DNA from: Geosiphon pyriformis uo1
Taxonomy: Eukaryota; Fungi; Glomeromycota
DNA: 64,000 bases
Direction of reading: 5' to 3'
Assembly: GCA_016748015.1 (NCBI GenBank)
Contig: JAAOMT010000659.1
Coordinates: 897,166 to 961,165 of the forward strand
The notes under the pieces were generated by a model. That model was not told the DNA's origin. It saw only the letters and a program-made list of their open reading frames with translations, and did no database searches. Positions 28,368 through 41,090 of the stretch are shown here, in pieces. Positions within the stretch are counted from its first letter, which is position 1. Every line of letters starts with the position of its first letter. The position numbers and the translations under genes are program-made.

Positions 28368-31300
28368 GTGGTATAATTTGGAAAGTTGCCACTTGCAATG
28401 TTAGAAAGATAAACAATTCTGCAAAACAAGACAATATTATTTGTTGGCACAAGGACATGGACAATTGTATTTTTATTTTTACAAAATTAAAGCTTAAAGA
28501 AAAAGTTTGCTCTTGGATAACCAACAAATTTGATGGTGTTTAGATATTTACTTCTGGTTTGAATTCTGGTTATTTGGGTGTTAGTGTTGTGATTGTTATG
28601 AATTTTTCTTTAGCAAAACATGTGTATAGAGTCTCTGAAGTGCCTGGTTGGCTTCTATCCATCAAATTACTTTTCAAGAATAAGCTCTCTGTGTTAATTT
28701 GGGGCTCTATGCTGGTGTTTTTTTGACAGTCTGGTTTTTTCAAGCTGGTAAAATCAACTCTTTCATTGCAAAGACTGTTAATAAGTCTTCTTTTGTTATT
28801 CTCAGTGGTGACTTTAATGAAAATAGGTTTTATAAGTGTGCTAGTTTTAAAAAATGCTTTGATCTGGAACTGGTTAATTCTTTGGTTGGAAGCTCAGCTG
28901 CTAAGATGCCCACTTGAGTAAATTCTAAGGGTGTTGTGAAAACCATTAACTACATGTTTGTTTCTTCAAATTTGGTTAGTGCAATAGTTTATCATGGCAT
29001 TTTTAATGTTAATAAACATTTTGACATAGATCACCAGACTGTTTCTGTGTTGTTGAATTTTGGTGGACTTTTGGATATGCATTTGAATTCTCTTTGCAGA
29101 CAAACAAATAGAGATTGTTGGAAGTTTAACTTCAAAAATGTCAATAAAACAAATTGGTTTGAATTTAGAGATAATATGGCTGCTAATGCTTCTATGTTCT
29201 TGGATGTATTTAATTTTGCTGTGAGGTTTTTGGATCTGGATACTATGTGAGACATTATTTGCAAGATCATGGTTTTCTCAGCTAATGGTATATTTAAGAA
29301 GAAATGGTTCAAGAGTTTTGATAGTGTTTTTATCAAGGAGTCTTTTAGATTTCATAAGCTGGAGTTGCTGGTTTCCAAGTTGGTCAGAACTTTGCATTTG
29401 ATTTTTAGTGATGATTTTGTCTTATTGTTGGATGTATAAGACAAGCTTGATTCCACTAGTGTATCAATGGTGAAATCTCTTTTTCTTTTAGGTTTTAATT
29501 TTGATATTATTTGTTCTGTACTTATCAAGGTGAGAAAATTATACTGTTCTTCCAAATTGTTGGAATCTAAGTATACTGAAAAGTCTCATATCAAGCAGGC
29601 TATTAGTAAGAAAATGGAGAGTTTTGAATTAGACAAAGGTCATACCATTTGGAGTGTATTGGAGTATTTTTTTCATAAAGTGGTTTGGATCATCTGGTTG
29701 TGAGAGATGAGTTGATTTTGGAGTCTAATCTGGTCAAATCTAAAGTGGATAAGATTATGAAGAGATGGACCAGAAAATGTAGGATGGTGTCTAATTTCTC
29801 TGATAATTGGGTTTGCCAATATTAGTCTCTGAACTACATATTTGATGATGTTTTTTTTGGTGTTATGTGTTTAATTAGTTTTGATGAAATGTCTGCCATT
29901 GTCAAGGATCTTTCTAATGAAAAGATGGCTGGTCTTTCTGACATCTCTAATGAATTGTGGAAACATTGTGACAAGTCAGTTTTAGATATGCTTCTGGTGC
30001 TTTTGAACTTTTGCTTAGTTGGTAAATCAGTTCTTGAATCTTGAAGGGAAGCTTGGGTTTTGATAATTTCTAAACCATATGAATAGAAGAGTGTTCTCAC
30101 AAATACCTGTCCTATTGCTCTGATTGAAACGGCTCACAAGATTCTCTTCAAGGTTTTTTCTGATAGGATTTTTTCTGCTTGTAGTGCTTTCAATGTTTTT
30201 TGTGGGGATAACTTCTCTGTTTTGAAAGGTACAATAACACAGTCTTCTATTTTTGCCATTGGTTTTGTTGTTGAGGATGTTTTGAAAAAGGACAGAGAAC
30301 TTTGGTTGGCTTTACAAGACATGCATAAAGCTTATGACTCAGTTGGTTAAGAACATTTTAGAAGAAGTCTGGTCAGAATTAAGATGTATGGCAGATTTAT
30401 AAAATTTTTTGGCAGCATTCACAATGGTTGCATTAACAGGGTGATGACAGACTTTGGTCTGACTGATGGATATTGTGTTTATGATGGGTTGGACCAAGGG
30501 GAAGTTTTTTCACCTCTTCTTTGGTGCATATTCTATGATTCACTTTTGTATAAGGTCAAAAGACAAGAGAGTGTGTATGGTTACAGGTTGAATTCTTATT
30601 TTATTTCCAAAACTGGCCAAACAGATTTTCAGGCTGGTTTGACTTTTTTTTTTGCTGCTGGTGCTTTTGTTGATGATACAATTTGGGTTGGTAGTAGTCA
30701 GGCTGCTATACAACACATTTTTGATGTTGCTAGTAAATTTTTCAGGTTTAATGACATTTTCATAAATAATGACAAAATGGTGGTCATTCCTATCAACTGT
30801 TAGGTAACAGACCCTTATCTAATTATCAGTGGCTCTTCTATTTCTATTGTTAAGAGAGATGAATCTTATTGTTATCTAGGTATTTTTTTGTCGACTGAGA
30901 GTTTATCAAGGCCAAGCTTGGCTAAGGCTCATTTGGATGTATGGTTTTTTGCTAATCTTGTTTTGAAGAAGGCAGTCTCAAATAAGCAGTTTGCATATTT
31001 GGTATCTGCTGTCCTTTTTTCAATTCTCTGTTATAGAATGCAGTTCAGTTATGTTCCTCTTAATGTATGCAATAAGTGGGATGTCCTAATTCTCAAGGGC
31101 TTAAAGTCTAAATCTGGTCTTCTGCTCAATTTTCCCAGTAATGCACTTTATTATCCTTCTTTGTATGGTTTAAAACTTTTAAGCAAATTCAGGCTAAAAG
31201 CAAGTCAGCTTCTGTTGTTTTCTTTGCAAATCCTGTTGGAATTTTGAATTGGTTGTTCTCTCATAGGTCTTATGATTTCCAGGTTTTCAGTTGGCAGCCT

Positions 31301-33049
31301 TACCATCTTTTGCAGTTTCCAGTTCATGTCAGGGTCTGTCCTTCAGATAATTTCTTGACAGAAATGGTCTGTATTTTTTCTGGATGTGATTTGTCTCTGG
31401 ATGATTCTCTGGCTGGTGCTTTTTGTTTTTGTGGTGGTACTCCTATGTCTCTTGTTCTGGGTGAGCATTGTTTTTTCAAGTGTGTCTCTTCACTCCATTG
31501 CTATGGTATTGCTTTTGTGGAGCAACTGTGTAACCAGAATGGAGATGTCTTTAGTTGAAAGATCTTTAAAAAGTAGAAGCAGTTGGATCCATGCAGCCCA
31601 GTTTCTGTCTGGTTTGAGTTTTCTGTTTGTTTTCTTGATGGTGTGGTGTCTCCTCTTGTTAGCCCATCACTTATGGACATTTGTGCTTCTTTTGATATTC
31701 TTTAGTCTCATAAGTTTGAGGTCATTGGTGATAATTTGTTGCGTGTTAACACTGCTCATCTTTCTGTATTTATGGATAAGTCTCTGAGTGGCTTGGGAAC
31801 TCTTAGTATGAAAGCTGGTGCTGCTGCTTATTTTGAGGATGTAGATTTGGGTTTGGGGGTGAGAGTGTCTGGCTTGATTTTTTCTATAATGGCGGAGTTG
31901 CAGGCAATTGCTTTGGCTCTTAAATGTATTCCTCTCTTTTGTTTAGTCAATCTGTTCTCAGACAGCCAGGCAGCCTTGGATGCATACAAATCTGAGTTTT
32001 CTTTGTTTAGACTGGATTTTAGGAATCAATGTTAGATAGAGCACTGCTACATAGTGAATGTTATTCATCATAAGAATTTGAATGTCAATTGGGTTAAGGT
32101 TAAAGATCACTTGGGTGTATCAGACAATGAGCATGCTGATGCATTTGCTAAGTCTGCAACATCATCTGGTTGGTACTTGCCTCATATGGTTAGTAAACAA
32201 TTTTTGAGGGCCAATGGTACTGTAGTTTCTGGCAATTCTAAGCATTTTGTTTGTAATGTTTTCCAGTTTGTTCATCAAGCACATTGGGAGATTGATTTTA
32301 GTTCTTGGGTTGTAACAAGTACTCTCCATGCTGATATTGATTGGTTCAGATTGTTGTTGATTTGACATCCAGATTTCCACCTGGCTGCTGGTTTTACTAG
32401 TGTGTTGACTGCTGGTCTCTGATCTTATTTCATGAAAGCTTTGTATTGTCAGCTTCTGGTTGCTGTATAGAAGCATCTTTATAATAAGCATTATCCCAGT
32501 GTATTGTGTTTGTTCTGTGAAAATGTTAAGGTCTCAGATCATGTTTTTTCTTGTCTATTTAATGCTGCTGATCATGCTCATTTGATGGATGCTCATGTTT
32601 TTGCTTGGGTGGTGAGTTCTGGGTTGTTTTGTTCTTTCTTGTGTGTTTCTCAATTACTGTCTACCTGTGCTTCTGATGTGGCTGTTGGTGTGGCCCTGTA
32701 TAAAGACTTTGTTTTCAATAATTGGTTTAATGAGTCTGTTTTTACTTTTAAGGATTCCAAAATAGTGAGTTTAAATATAATGAATTTTGTTCGCGGATTG
32801 TGTGTGATATTCCAGGAGGATATTTGGCTGGTTTATGCCAAACACTGGGCTTTTATGAAAAAAAATGGGCTGATCCCATGTGATGACTCTATCTGTGCCT
32901 CTGTTTCTGGTCTTCTTTCAGTTCTATTAGCTGGCATTATTAAATTGTTGGGTGTTGCCAATGCACATGATGTTGGTTTTAGGTTTCATAAGTCTTGTCG
33001 GTTTTTCTCAGGGATTGGTGACATAGTCTCTGTTTATATAGGTGTCTAG
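28364..33049 (+). pseudogene. LINE ORF2: AP endonuclease, reverse transcriptase, RNase H, C-terminal CCHC
   Basis: APE: TCNVR, IL.GDFNE, KTI(D)Y, D.DH. RT: KAYDSV, GLDQGEVFSPLLW, AFVDDT. RNase H: SVFMD.S, AELQAI, LFSDSQAAL, WVKVK.H.G...NE.AD. C-terminal CLFC...DHVFSC. Confidence 0.92.
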
Positions 33050-34399
33050 TGTTGTTCTGATTGGCCTGAATGGCTGGTCATGTGTGGAAAATGCATGATT
33101 CACACTTAGTTTAGATTATTTGTATGATGTATAATACTAGGCAGTATTTGGATTTCACTTAATAAACGTAAAAAAAACAAAAAAAAAACAGTATAAACTA
33201 GCAGACTTTAACTTAATATTATTATAAATAAGTATATTATATTATGTTTTATAATTTAATACTTATAATATTATTATATTATTTAAAAAATTTGATAAAT
33301 TTAAAAGTTTTTATGATTAAGTTTTTTGTATAAAAAACAGAAATTCAAATATTAATAACTTTTAATACTTATAATCTTACTTTTTTAATATAATAACTAA
33401 TTTATTCAAATGTTTTTTATTTTTTTTAATAAATATTTAATTATTAATAAATTAAATTTATATTATCTTTGTATTTTTTATTAGACAATATTTGATGTTG
33501 TAATTTTATTATTTATTTATTTTAATTAATTAGTTTAAAATAATAATAAAATAAAAGCAAAAAAAATAAAAATAAAAATAAATTTTTTATTAATAATTAT
33601 AATTAAAAACTATTGATTTAATATATTAAAATTTTTAAATATTTGTTAACAATATTTATTGTTTTTAAAAAATAATAAAAATAGAATAAGTATTTTTATT
33701 ATTTATAATTACAAATTATAAATTTTTTTGGTTTTAAATAATAATTTTATTTATTTATAGATTGAATTAAAAATAATTAAATAAGTTAAATTAATTGCTT
33801 TTTTTTGTTAAATTGTAAAATTGTTAAATATTAAATATATTTATTATTATTATTATTATATATATATAACTTTTATAATATAAGATATTTCGATATTTTT
33901 AATTATTTTTATACTTTTTTTGATTTATTATTGACATTTTTGAAATTTTTAATACTTTTAATATTTTTGAAATTCTTATAAATATTTTAAAAATTTTAGC
34001 ATTATATTATTTTATTAAATTTTTTATATAATTAACTAATATATATTAATTATTAATTCTTTTTTTCTTATAAATAACAATACTAATAACTTTATTAAAA
34101 ATACCAAAAGATTTTTTAATATTATTTAAAAAAATCTTTAAAAACATTATAAAAAATTATAATAACAAAAACAAAATTATCAAAAATTTTATAATTTTAA
34201 AAATAACCAAAAAAAATTCACAAGTTTAATTTTAACAACAATATATAATAATATTTTAAATAAAAATTTTATATAAAAAAATATAATATTGTTTTTAAAA
34301 TTTATTTTAAAATAATAAAACTAAAAATATTTTTTAAAAACAAAAAAAGTAATTAATTTTTATTTATTAATCTAATTGCTATAATTAAATAATTTAATA

Positions 34400-34996
34400 A
34401 TATGAAGCACCAAGTTACAGATTTGTTATTTGTTTTAACACCTCAAATAATTATTTGTAACAGTATTAATAATAATATATTTTTCAGTTTAATATCTCTT
34501 TAAATATATAAGTCTAATAGTATTAAAACTGATCCCTTAAAAACAGCTAAATAACTGATTAGATTGGTTTTTTATAATATATAATTATTTAATATAGTTC
34601 AAAAAATATTAACTGGATAAGTTTACTTTTATTATAGCAATATAACATAGCTTAAACTGGTTTAAGTAGCTGGTTATATGTAAAAAGCATGTAAATTATA
34701 CTTAATTTAGAATACTTAGTTTGTTTCATAGTCTTAGGTAATAATTGAACCATACTCATTAAATTTAATAAAAAAATTTTTAATTAATTATAAAAATAAA
34801 ATTAATAATTGTTAATAATAGTAGTTTCTAAAGGTTTTGAAGTCTGAAAGTTTTGGTTAAGTCTTTTGTATAATGAACAGAGGTTCAATTAATAGTTTTC
34901 TTTTATAAATTTTTTTTTTTAGCATGATAACCAGTTTATTCTAACAGTTATGTTTTTCTGATAAGCTATTCTTAAGTTTTCTACTCTTGTTTTCAG
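34400..34996. repeat. Mosaic of fragments: B/C-type LTR 3' end (34400-34462 +), LINE 3' UTR/poly(A) (~34630-34776 +), C-type LTR piece (34800-34996 -)
   Basis: Local matches to 56715-56770, 33050-33170 and the reverse complement of 36555-36659 / 56621-56700. Confidence 0.65.
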
Positions 34997-35976
34997 TGTT
35001 ACTAATGGAATTCTAGTCATTAATTAACATAAAATTACCCTTATAATTTCTATTATTAGTTAGCATATATTAATATTATTTTAATTATTACTTATTATTT
35101 AATTAAATTATCAAACATTATTATTTAATTAATAACCTAATTTGTACAATAAAAATTAAGAAAATCAAATTACACAATATTTCGAACTATTTAATATTCA
35201 AAAATTTGTAAAAATTTGTAAAAAATTCGCCAAAATAATAAATAGTTTACCAAAATAATTAATAGTTTGTAGAAATAACTTGTAGTTTGTTAAAATGTAC
35301 TTTTAGTTTGTCAAAATTATAGCAAAAAAATAGTTCAAATTTATAGACTAGTACTATAATAAGTTGTATAAAAGAAGAGTTTTTCTCTTTAAGAAAATAT
35401 ATCTTATATAATTTCAGAATTATCTTAATTTAAATTAATTAGCTTTACAAAAAGTAATAAAAAAAAAACATTGAATACTTGAAAACTAAATTCCTTAATT
35501 TTTTGCACTTGAAATTTTCCAAAAACCCAACTAACATTTTAAAATTAATTAATTACCAATTTTAGTAATCTGTTAATGACTTTAGGTTTGAACCAAAAAA
35601 CAATTCTTTTAATAAAATTCTATTTTTTTTACATTTCTCTTATTTTTTTTTATTTTTTTATTATAATCATTAGGGTAGTTTACAGACAGAATTTTTGTAT
35701 AGGAGTTAACTTTCATAGCAAAGTAACTATACATTTTTAATAAGCTTTTAGATAAGCAATTTTTAAGAAAGAGTTAATATTTACTACAATATAACTACAT
35801 AAAATAACTGGCACAGAATTAGTTATTCTACTTATAAGTTCAGTAGTTCAAATTATAGGAGATAATTTGAAGATAAATTCAATTATCAGAGATTTAACTA
35901 CTTCCTAAAAACGTGAATTCATACCAAACAGATGTTAAAAATATTTAAAAAAAGAGACCAAAAATCTCTGATAATA
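34997..35976 (+). repeat. Decayed family A LTR without internal region
   Basis: TGTTACTAATGGAATTCTAG...AAAATCTCTGATAATA, colinear with 36660-37630. Confidence 0.85.
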
Positions 35977-36659
35977 TTGGTATAAATGGTAGTCCAATTA
36001 TACATATAGATATTATTACTTATAAAAATTAAAAATTATAATAATAAATAAAATAACCAATCAAAAATAAGCATAGTAAAAAGAGGAATTGCAAGATTTC
36101 AAAATTACAAAATTGCAGAATTTTTTTCAAAAAATTTTGTATAACATAAATTATGTATATATAGTAAAAGTATTAAAAGCAAAAAAAGTAATTTCAAAAG
36201 AATTCAATAAAATAGATAAAATTTCATTCAGTTTAGAACAACAATATCTTTTCTTTCAAAAAATAATTTTCTATAACTTGAAATGGAATCATTTCCATAT
36301 TAATAAAATTATCTATTATCATCTAATCTATATTATAATTACTTGATTAAAAAAATATTAAATTATTTTACACTATTAACACTCCATGTTAATAAAATTT
36401 AATACTTTACTATACTGAATCAATAGCTCTTAATTATGGCTATTGATGAAATACTAATTTTTTATTTTTTTTTCTTATTTTTTTTTGTTTCATTTACTAA
36501 TTGATTAAAAAAATTAAACACTAAATATTTGATGTCAAAAATAGCCTGGTAAAAAACCTAGAAACAAGAGTAGAAATTTAAAGATAGCTTACCAGAAAGA
36601 CATGACTGCCAAAATAAACTGGCCACTATACTGAAAAAAAAATTCACAGAAGAAACCAT

Positions 36660-37630
36660 TGTTACCAGTAGAATTTTAGCTATTAATTAGCACGAAATTA
36701 TTTTCATAATTCCTATTATTAATTAGCATATTATTATCATTTCGATTATCACTTATTAAATTAGCCAAATTATCAAATATCATTACTCAATCAATAATCC
36801 GATTTGTACTCTAGAAATTAAGATGATCAAATTACACAATACCCTGAACCATTTAACATAGTCAAAATTCGCCGAAATTAATGAAAATTCGCCGAAATAA
36901 TCAATAGTTCAGTGAAATAACTTGTAAATTTGCTGAAATGTATTTTTAGTTCACCCAAATTGTAGCAAAGAGAAAAGTGCAAGTTCAAAGACTAGTACTA
37001 CAACAAGTTGTATAAAAGAAGAGCTTTTCTCTTCAAGAAAATGTATCCTTCCCATATCTTACTATAGTATTTTACTTTAGATATCTTAATTAGAACAAAT
37101 CACTTTTTTTACAAAATCAAATAAAAATTAAAATATTCAAAAACCAAATCCTTAAATTATTACACTTGAAATTTCTTCAACACAACTAACGTTTTGAAAT
37201 TGATTAGCTACCAATTTCAATAAACTGTTAGTGATTCCAGGCCTGGATAGAAAACGTTTCCCTTGACAGAATTCTATTTCTTTTACATTTCTTTTAGTTT
37301 TCTTTTATTTTCTTATTACAATTATTAGGGTAGCCTACAGACGAGATTCCTGTAGAAGAGTTGACTTTCACAGCAAAGTAACTACACATTTTAGTGAGCT
37401 TCCAGACGAGCAATTCCTGGGAAAGAGTTGACATTTACTACAATGTAACTACACAAAGTAACTGGTATGGAATTGGCCATTCTACTCATAAGCCCAGCAG
37501 TTCAAATTATAGGAGATAATTTGAAGATAAATTCAGTTACTGGAGGTCTAACTACTTTCTAAAAACGTGAATTTACAGCAAATCAACATTAACAACATTC
37601 AAGAAAAGAGACCAAAAACCTCTGGTAACA
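36660..37630 (+). repeat. A2 5' LTR
   Basis: TG...CA, followed by the PBS TTTGGTGCTCTCCC. About 96% identical to 55650-56620. Confidence 0.96.
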
Positions 37631-40600
37631 TTTGGTGCTCTCCCATAGAAATAACACAGCAACAACAAATTCAAAGTGGCAACCACACCAGACACAACAA
37701 CTCTAGAGTATTATCAGTCAATTTACACTCACTGCAAGCAAAGATTCAACATCCCAGACGGAATTGAGGTTGTCAAAAAATCAGTATACCAATACATTAA
37801 AAACCACATCAACAATTATCTTCTTGGAAATTACAACATCTCAGAAGTTAGAAGCAATCTTTACAATAATTTAGTGCACTATTCACAGTTGAGAACTGAA
37901 GACCTTAACAGTGAAACACTTGCCACTTACTTCCAAGAACTTAATTTTAACATTATCAAGTACTGTGAAGAAACATATCTAGTGCAGTCTCAATACTCTA
38001 TTGACTTTGAATCAGAAACAGAAACAAGCAACAAAGACAAACAAAAAGTGAAACAATACTCAAAAACCACCCCAAATACTCCAATACTACCAAAAACAAC
38101 TGCCAAACATTTGCAAACACCTGAACAAAGAACCAGTGTCAAATTACCACTTTCTATTACACCATTTCCAATTTCACTTGTTCAATCACAAACACCAAGT
38201 TCACCACTTAACTGTTTCTCCAGACCAGAAGATTATCAGTCACCTAGAAATCCTACTCAACAGCAAAAACCAATATTAACAAGTGCCAATATCATTGATT
38301 ACTTACAAGAAAACAAAAGTAATCATTCAAAGAGTCTAGAAAGTAAAGAAACTGAATCAGAACAAGAAAAAACTACAGAAAATAAAAAAGAAATGGCAAC
38401 TGCTTACATTGCAAAGATTTCAGAATTTACTGGTGAAGATAATAATACCAGTCTTCAAGAATGGCTTGACAAAGTTCAAAAAGCAGGAGATGCAAATGGA
38501 TGGAATGCAGTAAGAATGCTCAAAGCAATCTCATACTTTCTCCAAGGAACTGCAGAAGAATGGTTTGAAAACTTAGAAGAACCATTTGAAGACTGGCAAG
38601 CATTCAAAAATACTTTTTTACAACAATTTACCAATAACAACACCTCTATTACTCTTAAAAACCACTTTCGCAATATTAAGCAAAAAACATCTGAAACTGT
38701 TATGACCTATCTTGGAAGATTCAACAAACTTCTCAGACGAATTTGACAATTGGAAACCAATAACTATTATTCTGATGTTCAGATTCTGGACCAGTTTATA
38801 GCAGGATTAAAAGACAAACTAATTAAGAAAGTCCGCCCACATGCTCCAGCAAACTTAGCAACTGCTATTAGACATGCAAAGAGCTATAAAATGGCAATGG
38901 AAGAAACAAATCACACCAAGCTTGTAAACCTTGCAATTGGAAAAACCAGTTCAGCAGCTGAAGAGAAGATAGACCAATTCACAAAGAAAATTGAAAGCTA
39001 TTTTACAAACCAACAACAACAGCAACAACAACCACAAAGATATCAATCCCCACAATGACACAATCAAAACAACTTTGGATTACCATCTAACAACCAACCT
39101 CAAAATTGTTATTATTGTGGAATTTCAGGACATTAAAAATAAGATTGCAGGAAATTACAAAGAGACCAACAAAACAGGAGTAATTAACGTTACTCTTTAC
39201 TACAACAATCTTATTACCAATCTCTACCACCAACTTATTACTTACCAAGACCACAAAACCAAAACAATTACTATCAACCAGCTCCACAGCCAATACAGCA
39301 ACAATATTAGCAACTTTTACCAATTCAACAATATCAGACACTACCCATTCAACAATATCAAGTACCAGCCAGAAAATTGGTTCAACATAACCAATTTACA
39401 CACCAAAATTAATTTCAGAATAACAACAACAGAATCAATCCAAATAACCAGTTGGTTTCTCAAAATTCTGGTCAGCAAAGACCAATCACTATCCCACTCA
39501 ACCCAGTTATCTTACAATGTCTGAAGGATCGGATTTTCAACAACCTGCACTTTTTGAAGGTGAAGCTGCAGTACCAAAACAAAACTCTTATAACAATACA
39601 ATCCCACCAGCCCAAATTGCTCAAAATACCAACCTCTCAAATATATTCCCATTCGAATTTGAAGCAAATGAATCACCATTCTTGCTCAGTAATGCAGCAG
39701 CTAATGAACGAAAAGCTATCACTGTCATATACACTGAAGCTACAGTAGAAGAAAAACCCATCTGACTAATTCTAGACAGTGGATTAGCCAAAAGTATTAT
39801 CACCTACCAATTAATACAACAGCTTCAAAGAACTGTTGACAGACCAGCCCAAACTGTAATTGTTACAGCAGATGGTATGAAAAAGACACCAGTAAGAGAA
39901 ATTGACAATTTCTCATTTACCATTGATGGAATCACTATTCCAGTCAAAGTTTTAGTCATGGATGCACCCCAATACCAAGCTTTGGTTGGAAATGATTGGC
40001 TTCTTAAGACCAATGCAAACTTAGATTGGGAAACTCAAGAACTAAAAATCTTATACCAAAAACAATACACCATAGTACCTGCTACTTGTGATACTTTCAA
40101 CAAATGATCAGAAAAAGCCCCAGTATTTGAATTTGAAGAGAAAAAGGAAATGCCACTTATTAAAACCTACATGGCTCTTGGATTAACATCCAATTGGGCT
40201 GAGGAAACAGAACAAAAGATTTTTGAAGAATCAAGAAGATAGAAGAAAGTTAGATATTCTACACCAGAATCATGGAAACAACCACTCTATATTCCACTCA
40301 AATACAAAGATTGCAACAAGAAACTTTCATCAATGGGAGCATGTATTTCTTCAAAAGAGGAATATGAAACTCATACCTGTTAATTTTGCAAAACATGCCA
40401 TAAAGAACGATTTGGATATCCTAAAAGAAGTAGAAAATGGGACAACACTCCTTGCCTTACATGTGGGGATATATTACCAGAAGAATGCAACTGGATTGAT
40501 GTTGCAATAAGAGGAGGAGTATGTGATCAGACTTGTCAATATGCTCTATCAATTTCAGAAAAAGTCAGAAGAGGAACACCATTTAATGCAGCATACAACA

Positions 40601-41090
40601 ATGCTTTCAATAAACTTTACCACTACCCTCATAATGCTGAAATGATTTTTGACTTAGCAATGGCATTGATTAATAGAGCCACCCAAGAAGATGTCTGCTA
40701 AATGAAAGAAGCTGAATACATTGAGTATACTATAGAATTAGCTGGATTTGATTATGAAGATGAAATAGAAACCTACTACCAAATTGCAAGTCATACATAC
40801 CCAACCAAAGAAGCTCAAATTCAACAATTAGAGCAAATAAACATTCAATTGTGTGAAGAATGTATTATGCCTTGTGATAACTAATAGTGTTTAGAATGTT
40901 ATGCTCTTAGCATTCCTCTGCCAGATGAAAATGATGAAAATGAAATCGAATTTGGAGTATCTGAACTAGTAGAAGAACTACCAACCATTCCTATCTATCT
41001 TCTTAAAAAGCAACCACCTCTACAACTTAAATATTTTGACAACCATGGCCAAGGAATCAGACCAGAAAAAGCACACAAAATTGATGCTGG

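Larger units (their letters stand above)
26448..33183 (+). mobile_element. Full-length non-LTR retrotransposon (LINE) with ORF1 and APE-RT-RNase H-CCHC ORF2
   Basis: TSD AAAAACAGTA at 26438-26447 and 33184-33193. AATAAA plus poly(A) at 33161-33183. Complete domain order present. Confidence 0.93.

Noticed and set aside
34993-35980. TCAG/TTGG as a mutated TCGG TSD of the lone LTR
   Set aside because: The sequences beyond the two flanks belong to different elements, so the 4-bp resemblance is probably chance.
36860-37460. CRISPR-like regularly spaced repeats
   Set aside because: Short degenerate repeats within LTRs of a eukaryotic TE, with no unique spacers and no cas genes.
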